A stretch of DNA of 60,817 nt from an uncultured bacterium. GTDB lineage: Bacteria; Hinthialibacterota; Hinthialibacteria; Hinthialibacterales; Hinthialibacteraceae. A program made the translations under genes and the position numbers. The notes under the pieces were generated by a model. That model was not told where the DNA came from, did not search any database, and worked only from the letters and a program-made list of their open reading frames with translations. How positions within the stretch are numbered: position 1 is the first letter of the stretch; each line of letters begins with the position of its first letter. The stretch spans positions 1 to 60,817 of the forward strand of contig CAYVAZ010000001.1 in NCBI GenBank assembly GCA_964449065.1, read 5' to 3'. Shown piece after piece: positions 54,961-60,817 of this stretch.

Positions 54961-56061
54961 TTATTTGACTTGCATTGATTCCATCAGATCATAAATCCGG
55001 TGTGCGATGGCTTTGATATCGTGATACTCTTTGGCGTAGGCATACGCGTTTTGGCTCATCGCATTCCAACGTTCTTCATTGTTATAAAGCTCTTGTATAT
55101 TCATGATCTGCTTCATTCCATTTCCGTTGGAACAGATCCCCATTTGGTGTTCGGTCAGAATGGTATCGGGATTGACGTTGAACGACAGAATCGGTGTTCC
55201 CCATTTTGATGCCTGCACATAGGTATTGGGGAACCCCTCTTTTGACGAAGTGCAGACAAATAGTTTATGGCTGGCAAATAGGTTTTCGGTTTCTTCAAAG
55301 GGTATCCCCTGTAAAAACGTTAGATTCGAAAGTTGTGACGCTGTTTGTTTGACGTTTTCAAACTTTTCTTCCGAATTTGCTTTTGGGCATACCATGGTGC
55401 AAGGAATCTCTGGTATCTGTTTTGCAATTTCCAAAAACGCTTCGGGATTCTTAAACCCTTCACAGCGCCCCACCCAAAGGACGCCGTTCTTATCTGAAGG
55501 GATTTCTTCCGGTATGCGGTGGGCGGAGCGAATCACATCGCTCTCGTGATGGTAATATTCCTTCATCCATTTCTGTTGATAGGTAGATTGGGTTACAACA
55601 CCCGATGCGTTTCGCAGCCCTGATAAATACATGGATCCGTAAACAAAGCCCCGGCGTTTGGCATGGGTACCATCCACATCCCAATCGTGCGAGCACATAA
55701 AGAGGAACGGGGTCTTTGTCTTGGATGCAGCCCATCCGGTTAAGCCGGTTTCAATCCCACCGCCGCGCTGGATGTATGCGCTAGTTGGAATGGACACAGC
55801 GGTGTTATAGACATCCATGCTGCCGAAGATCATACGATTCCACCCTTGGTCATAATAGGGGAGTTTATGTACCTGAATGCCGTTGTGCTCAAAGACTTCC
55901 CGCTCTCCATGGCCGCGGGTAATGAAATTGACGGTTGTTTCGGGATATCTTGCCCATTCATTGGCGAGCAGATACAGTTGAAGTTCCGCGCCGCCGTGGG
56001 GCTGTTGTTCATCCGGGCGAAACAATTTTTGCGCCCATAACGAGATAATCGTAATATTCAT
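54961..56061 (-). CDS. Glycosyltransferase (GT-B fold, GT4-like)
   Basis: N-terminus MNITIISLW....GGAELQ and C-terminal ...LFVCTSSKEGFPNTYVQASKWGTPILS (EX7E-type region) are typical of group 1 glycosyltransferases. Start taken at M13 of the ORF. Confidence 0.75.
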   Translation of the reverse strand: MNITIISLWAQKLFRPDEQQPHGGAELQLYLLANEWARYPETTVNFITRGHGEREVFEHNGIQVHKLPYYDQGWNRMIFGSMDVYNTAVSIPTSAYIQRGGGIETGLTGWAASKTKTPFLFMCSHDWDVDGTHAKRRGFVYGSMYLSGLRNASGVVTQSTYQQKWMKEYYHHESDVIRSAHRIPEEIPSDKNGVLWVGRCEGFKNPEAFLEIAKQIPEIPCTMVCPKANSEEKFENVKQTASQLSNLTFLQGIPFEETENLFASHKLFVCTSSKEGFPNTYVQASKWGTPILSFNVNPDTILTEHQMGICSNGNGMKQIMNIQELYNNEERWNAMSQNAYAYAKEYHDIKAIAHRIYDLMESMQVK

Positions 56062-56132
56062 AAAAGGTCGATCCAATGATTTGAAATAGTGAAACACAAA
56101 ATCGAAAACGTAAAAGAGTTGTACACTGCCTC

Positions 56133-57458
56133 ATGAAGAATGATATCCAAGAAAACATAAAATCCAAAAGTCGGCTGCGCACGGTACACATCCATTCGCT
56201 CAACAAAAAAGGTTTGGGTGTGGGAGAAACCGAAACCGGCGGCACGTTAACCGTTCCGTTCACACTGCCGGGAGAAACCGTGACCGCGGAACGCTACCGC
56301 AAAGGAGGCAAGCTGGTTGAAGTAATCGAGCCTTCTTCCATGCGGGTTGAGCCAAAATGCATGCATTTCGGAACGTGCGGCGGCTGTGCCTGGCAGCATA
56401 TCGAGTTTCAGCATCAGTTGGATTTGAAAGTGAATGCAATTCACAACAAATGGATAGAACAGAATATAGATATTTCCAAAATTCCAACTTATATGGAAAC
56501 CTCGCAGCCGTTTCACTACCGCAACCGCATGGATTTTGTCTGGTGGTGGGACGGGTCGTTTGGCTTGCGGGAAAAAGGCAAGTGGCATTCGGTGGTGAAT
56601 TTGGAAGAATGCTGGCTGCTGCCGTCTGAGGTAATGCACGTTGCATTGGAAATCAACCGGAGAGCGCAAGTATTTGGATTGCCTTTTCGTGATCAAAAAA
56701 GGAAGATTCCCGGTCTTCGTTATCTGGTCATCCGAACCGGAATCCATACCGGAGAGATTATGCTGAACGTGGTCAGCGACACGATGGATTTGCCCCGTGA
56801 ACTTTGGGACGGTTTGCCGCAAGTGTGCAGCGTTTATCAACTGATCAACGACAATCCCACCCGCGATACATCCGATGGGGAACCGGTTTTGTTGTTCGGC
56901 AAAGAAGGATACGAAGAAACGATTTTGGATCATACCTTTATTATTAAACCCAACGTGTTTTTTCAACCCAACCCAAAAATGGCGGAAAAGATGGTGTGTA
57001 CCGTCCGCGAATGGATTGCGAATGATGATGGGCCGAAGCAACGCTTTGTTGATTTGTATTGCGGTGTAGGGATGTTTACCGTTTTGCTGGAAGATTTATT
57101 TGAGAAGACGGTGGGGATTGAGTTGGTAGAATCATCCATCGAATTAGCCCGCCGCCACGCGGAAAGAAGGGCCATCGATTTTGTCATTTCCGATGCGGTG
57201 GATATTGATATGGAGTTTTTGCAGGATGTAGATGTACTTTTGGTTGATCCTCCCCGCGAAGGGTTGGTTCCCAAAGTGATGAAAAAGATTCTGCAAACAT
57301 TGCCCAAACGAATTGTCTATGTATCCTGCAATCCGCGTAAAGGGGTGGAAGACATCGCGCAGTTGTTGGAACAATATGAGATTAAGCAAATCGCTTATTT
57401 CGATCAGTTCCCCCAAACCCCGCATGTTGAGATGATTGTGATGCTGGCGTTGAAATAA
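56133..57458 (+). CDS. rlmD: 23S rRNA (uracil-C5)-methyltransferase, RlmD/RumA family
   Basis: N-terminal TRAM-like OB fold, Fe-S motif CMHFGTCGGCAWQH, SAM motifs DLYCGVGMF and VDPPREG, and a catalytic Cys context YVSCNP. Confidence 0.85.
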   Translation: MKNDIQENIKSKSRLRTVHIHSLNKKGLGVGETETGGTLTVPFTLPGETVTAERYRKGGKLVEVIEPSSMRVEPKCMHFGTCGGCAWQHIEFQHQLDLKVNAIHNKWIEQNIDISKIPTYMETSQPFHYRNRMDFVWWWDGSFGLREKGKWHSVVNLEECWLLPSEVMHVALEINRRAQVFGLPFRDQKRKIPGLRYLVIRTGIHTGEIMLNVVSDTMDLPRELWDGLPQVCSVYQLINDNPTRDTSDGEPVLLFGKEGYEETILDHTFIIKPNVFFQPNPKMAEKMVCTVREWIANDDGPKQRFVDLYCGVGMFTVLLEDLFEKTVGIELVESSIELARRHAERRAIDFVISDAVDIDMEFLQDVDVLLVDPPREGLVPKVMKKILQTLPKRIVYVSCNPRKGVEDIAQLLEQYEIKQIAYFDQFPQTPHVEMIVMLALK

Positions 57459-57521
57459 GGAATTGCGTACCGGAGAAATTTCATTACAATTAACTTTAGA
57501 CCAAATCGAACCGAAAAATAA

Positions 57522-57794
57522 TTGATGAAACCAATGAATACTTTAACCGACGCAGATTCAATGAAAGCGAAAAATATTTGGAGTGAATATCTACAAAATC
57601 ATGATGTTTCTGACCGAACAGGACAAACCGCTGGTATTGATCCAAAAAGTGGACGAATTTGGTTTGGTAAATCGATTATTGATATTGTGAATCAACAAAA
57701 AGCGGAAGGTGTGTTTGTCCCTCTTTTTTTGAACGGGTTGGGTTTTCATCCTATTATAGAAAATATAAAGTTGTTAATTCTTCTTTACAATTAA
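57522..57794 (+). CDS. Hypothetical small protein
   Basis: IWSEYLQNH..VSDRTGQTAGIDPKSGRIWFGKSIIDIV resembles small DUF5678-like proteins. The last ~20 codons overlap the convergent SGNH gene and may not be genuine. Confidence 0.35.
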   Translation: MMKPMNTLTDADSMKAKNIWSEYLQNHDVSDRTGQTAGIDPKSGRIWFGKSIIDIVNQQKAEGVFVPLFLNGLGFHPIIENIKLLILLYN

Positions 57795-59168
57795 ACCATA
57801 CAAACGGTTTGCGATAGAAACATGCACTTCTTGTGCGGGATATTCCGGGTTGGCTGCCATGCGGAATTCATGATGCGGTAACGCACCATACTGCCGTAAT
57901 GGAAGGATGGTCTTATACCCTGCCTCTTGTTCCTCTTCTTGAAGCGGCCAGGCATAGGGTTCTCGAATCAAGCCGTATTCGTCAACGGAATCCGGTTTAC
58001 TCTCATAAAACGCATACAATATTTTTTGTACTTCGCTGCGGGTGATATCAATTGACCATACTGCATCGTCTGCTTTTTCATCACCATTCATCCCGGAATC
58101 ATTTAAATCAAACCATTCAACTTGTTCACTGGATTGAACACCCAGCGTGAGTTCTGCGGCGTTCGGGACAAAGCAGCGGAAATGAACGATGATCTCTTCG
58201 TCGTCCATTTGAACATTGCCTGGATAGGCCAATGCTTTTTGATACCGTATTTTTTTGATCCCGGCTCTTCCAACATTCGCCAGAAAATCGTGAACGGAAA
58301 TCAATGAGATATCGTTAGTCATGCTTATATTGTTTAAAACATTGCTTAAATAATGGTGATGAATATTTGTATCGAGAAGAATCGTCTTTTCGCCGGAGGC
58401 CTGCATACTTTCAATTACCGATTGCAACGCTTGTTGCGCTTCATCCGGCTCAACCCGAACGGAATTTTCTTGAGCGGAATGAGACGGCGTAATCTCTTCA
58501 AGCAATGCTTCTTGCGATTGGTGAATCCACCAATTGCCGATTGTGCTGTATTGGCTGAATATCGTTTTCCAAAGGGATGAATGGAGAAACCCATGCTCCC
58601 GCAGCAAATCGATATAGAGTAGATCGTTCATAAAAACGGATTTGGAATCATACAATCCGAAAGAAAGGATCAACACGTCCGGGTTGAAATCTTGTACTAC
58701 GCTTTCAAAGATATAGCGGCCTTGAACGCTGCTAAAACCCGGGGCGCTAAAATTCAATACTTGGTATTGACCTGGATATTTCTCATCCAGCTTGTTTCTT
58801 AAGAGGGCGGGATAACTATGATCTTCTTCCATCATCCATCCGAAAGAAACGGAATCACCCAAGACGGTAATCCGGCTAACCGCATTCTCTTTTTCAACCG
58901 AAACCTCGGGAGAGCGCATCCCGAAGTGGTTTGTTGTTACATTAAAGGTGGTTGCATTGTATGTGACGGTTTTATCCAAGTTGGATTGCAACCGCCCGAA
59001 CTCCCCGGGTACAAATAACTCTTGATATTCTTTTGGACGGTTGATGTTAAAATTGATGTTTTGCGAGGGCAGAATCAAGCGTACTGCAGCGTCCAACACC
59101 AATAACACGAATATCAATATAACGAGAACTTTAAACGGATTGCTGGATTTGCGTCTTATTCTTCTCAT
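57774..59168 (-). CDS. SGNH/GDSL-family hydrolase with an N-terminal membrane anchor
   Basis: TM helix VLVILIFVLLVLDAAV, GDS block RITVLGDSVSFGW, and later LILSFGLYD. The C-terminal ~150 aa is unassigned. Confidence 0.7.
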   Translation of the reverse strand: MRRIRRKSSNPFKVLVILIFVLLVLDAAVRLILPSQNINFNINRPKEYQELFVPGEFGRLQSNLDKTVTYNATTFNVTTNHFGMRSPEVSVEKENAVSRITVLGDSVSFGWMMEEDHSYPALLRNKLDEKYPGQYQVLNFSAPGFSSVQGRYIFESVVQDFNPDVLILSFGLYDSKSVFMNDLLYIDLLREHGFLHSSLWKTIFSQYSTIGNWWIHQSQEALLEEITPSHSAQENSVRVEPDEAQQALQSVIESMQASGEKTILLDTNIHHHYLSNVLNNISMTNDISLISVHDFLANVGRAGIKKIRYQKALAYPGNVQMDDEEIIVHFRCFVPNAAELTLGVQSSEQVEWFDLNDSGMNGDEKADDAVWSIDITRSEVQKILYAFYESKPDSVDEYGLIREPYAWPLQEEEQEAGYKTILPLRQYGALPHHEFRMAANPEYPAQEVHVSIANRLYGLIVKKN

Positions 59169-59188
59169 ATAGGGTTTACATAAAGGGT

Positions 59189-60055
59189 TTAATTTGACAT
59201 CATTTCTAAAAATTCATTGAGTTCAGCCAACTTATCGGTATTGATTAAACCGCAACCGTTTTGGATGGCAGTCATCCAATAGCGCATGTTATCCGGCACG
59301 GCATAAAAGCGTACTTTTCTACCCTTGGCATGAATATCGTTCACCAACGTTTGGAGTTTTTTGATTTCTTCCGGCGGCATAAGACCCCGGCCTTTCCACG
59401 AAAAGTGCGAGTTCCAATTGAGCGCGTACCATAACCATTTGTTGTCAGCATTGGGGTCGGATGCATCATACGAATTGCTGTCGCGGCAAACGCGTCTTTC
59501 ATTGTATTGATCCATATAAGATGATTTTGACTCGTGATCGCCCGTTAAGATGATGGTGACCGGCCCCTCTTTAACTTCACCATTAACTTCTTCATCCGTG
59601 AAAACGGTCATCATTGAATAATGGCTTAGCAATTCCCGCAATACCGGGTGCACTTCCGGCCTGCCGTCTTTGATATCCAGCCAAAGGTAGAAAGGCAGAC
59701 CATCGCCATGCACGGAGCCTTTTTCATCCACCCGTTTTTGCAGCGGATCAAGATACAGTTCTTTTAGCGTTCCCTTATAGTCTTCTTTTGATTCTTCTTT
59801 ATCGTGTGAGACCAGGATTTCTCCATCCACCATCCAAAAATCAACTTCGACGCTGTAGAAGCGGTTATCCAGCGCGTCCAGCAAGGGGCGGGGATGTTCG
59901 TAATCGTTATGCGCGTGGGCGTAGATGTGATATCCCGCTTGCGGATGCGGTTTCAGCGGCTTTGCTTCTTGTGAGAGAGCGGTAATCGTAAAACAGCATA
60001 CCATTAGAGTGGCGGCCATTGCCGGTAAAAGTGTTTTCATCGTTAGATTCTCCAT
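59189..60055 (-). CDS. Ca-dependent PI-PLC-like / glycerophosphodiester phosphodiesterase-like secreted protein
   Basis: Signal peptide, then YAHAHNDYEHPRPLLDAL..RFYSVEVDFW...G..LVSHD, characteristic of the PI-PLC-C1-type family. Confidence 0.65.
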   Translation of the reverse strand: MENLTMKTLLPAMAATLMVCCFTITALSQEAKPLKPHPQAGYHIYAHAHNDYEHPRPLLDALDNRFYSVEVDFWMVDGEILVSHDKEESKEDYKGTLKELYLDPLQKRVDEKGSVHGDGLPFYLWLDIKDGRPEVHPVLRELLSHYSMMTVFTDEEVNGEVKEGPVTIILTGDHESKSSYMDQYNERRVCRDSNSYDASDPNADNKWLWYALNWNSHFSWKGRGLMPPEEIKKLQTLVNDIHAKGRKVRFYAVPDNMRYWMTAIQNGCGLINTDKLAELNEFLEMMSN

Positions 60056-60628
60056 TTAAGCGTAGTCCGGTTCGTTGCCGGGTTTCCATTTGATGTTGCA
60101 GCCGGCGCTGGGTTTGTGCGGTTCCGGCACGGGCTGTCCGGCCAATACGGCGTCAATCGCGGAGCGCAGGTCTTTCCCTGTAGGCGGGTCACCATCCGGG
60201 CGGGTGTCATCCATCTGTCCGCGGTAGGCGAGTTTTAGACCGCTGTCATACAAAAAGAAATCCGGCGTGCAAATTGCATGATAGGCTTTCGCCACTTCTT
60301 GGCTTTCATCATACAAATAGGGGAAAGTGTATCCCGCGCTGATGACTTCTTCTTTCATTTTTTCCGGGCTGTCGTCGGGGTGGGTTTCGATGTTGTTGGA
60401 ACTGATGCCCACCATGCCAATCCCTTTGTCTTGATATTCATTGCCGATGGCAGCCAGCTGCGGCCGTACGTGTTTTACATAGGGGCAGTGATTGCACATA
60501 AACACAACCAAAAGCCCCTTTTTGTCTTTGAACTGATCAAGCGAAACGGTGTTGCCTTCCGTATCGGGCAAACGAAACGGGGGTGCGGGGGTTCCCAGCG
60601 GGACCATTACCGAATTTTTTAAAGCCAT
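60056..60628 (-). CDS. Thioredoxin-fold (AhpC/TSA-redoxin-like) protein
   Basis: G.PAPPFRLPDTEGN.VSL..F.....LLVVFMCNHCPYV (CxxC). 190 aa. The stop directly abuts the downstream ATG. Confidence 0.8.
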   Translation of the reverse strand: MALKNSVMVPLGTPAPPFRLPDTEGNTVSLDQFKDKKGLLVVFMCNHCPYVKHVRPQLAAIGNEYQDKGIGMVGISSNNIETHPDDSPEKMKEEVISAGYTFPYLYDESQEVAKAYHAICTPDFFLYDSGLKLAYRGQMDDTRPDGDPPTGKDLRSAIDAVLAGQPVPEPHKPSAGCNIKWKPGNEPDYA

Positions 60629-60734
60629 ATCAAATCTCCAATCATGAATATGGGGTAGTGTAAATGATTTCTGTTAAGATTTTGTGTATTAGATTACAAG
60701 TAACGATTCAGCCATTTGACGTGTTTCTCCATGT

Positions 60735-60817
60735 ACTCTGTCAATCAGAAATGACGGCAAGCTATCCGTTGTTTCCCCCCTTGTTAAGGGGGGCTAGGGG
60801 GGATCGAAGCACGCTTC
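60735..60817 (-). repeat. Dispersed intergenic repeat, copy G (inverted, truncated by the window end)
   Basis: The reverse complement of 60763..60817 is identical over 55 nt to 11..65 of copy A. Continues with ..CCGTCATTTCTGATTGACAGAGTAC. Confidence 0.9.

Noticed and set aside
1-60817. CRISPR array, rRNA, tRNA, integrase/transposase, prophage or riboswitch signals
   Set aside because: I found no regularly spaced short repeats; the dispersed repeats are kilobases apart and about 100 bp long. No cloverleaf-like or rRNA-like stretches were noticed in intergenic DNA. No recombinase-like ORF is in the track. The upstream regions of dxs, panB, bioA and nadB lack recognisable TPP or other riboswitch cores. 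This was a visual scan only, so small RNAs could have been missed.
1-60817. The whole window as a composite mobile element bounded by the inverted terminal repeat copies
   Set aside because: The content is core housekeeping (suf, dxs, rny, murI, pan, bio) with no mobility genes. Contig breakage at a multi-copy repeat explains the pattern better.

Overview
This 60.8-kb window reads as a chromosomal contig of an uncultured, moderate-GC bacterium. There is no rRNA or tRNA to place it. RNase Y, SpoVG, HprK and YmdB occurring together with RseB, GspG-like pseudopilins and DUF1080 suggest an FCB/PVC-type candidate lineage, but that is inference only.

Most of the window is ordinary housekeeping operons:
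- panB-panC-panD-nadB and bioA-bioD
- rnc, a radical SAM gene and ruvX
- a permease-less regulatory PTS (ptsN-hprK-ptsH-ptsI)
- nnr-rny-ymdB-xseA-xseB-ispA-dxs
- a complete sufBCDSUT operon
- an ECF sigma / anti-sigma / RseB module
- murI, spoVG and rlmD

I did not find a clear multi-gene novel system. The observations most worth a second look are:
1. A dispersed ~100-bp MITE/REP-like element has at least 7 copies. Three of its ends abut a gene's TAG stop codon, and inverted copies sit at both window ends.
2. An AT-rich islet carries a PLD(HKD)-DUF4357 nuclease-like gene whose start overlaps the 3' end of a normal-GC antitoxin-like gene.
3. A GspG-like pseudopilin gene is bracketed by ~90-bp inverted repeats plus copies of the dispersed element. 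A second, old paralog lies directly behind a large polytopic GT-C-like membrane protein.
4. Two paralogous, apparently disordered proteins share an N-terminal MVD, a V-x-I-S-x-x-A-Q motif and a hydrophobic C-terminal tail.
5. An unannotated 30-codon Lys/Arg-rich bS22-like gene lies next to spoVG.

All family calls come from reading motifs in the translations. No database search was run.
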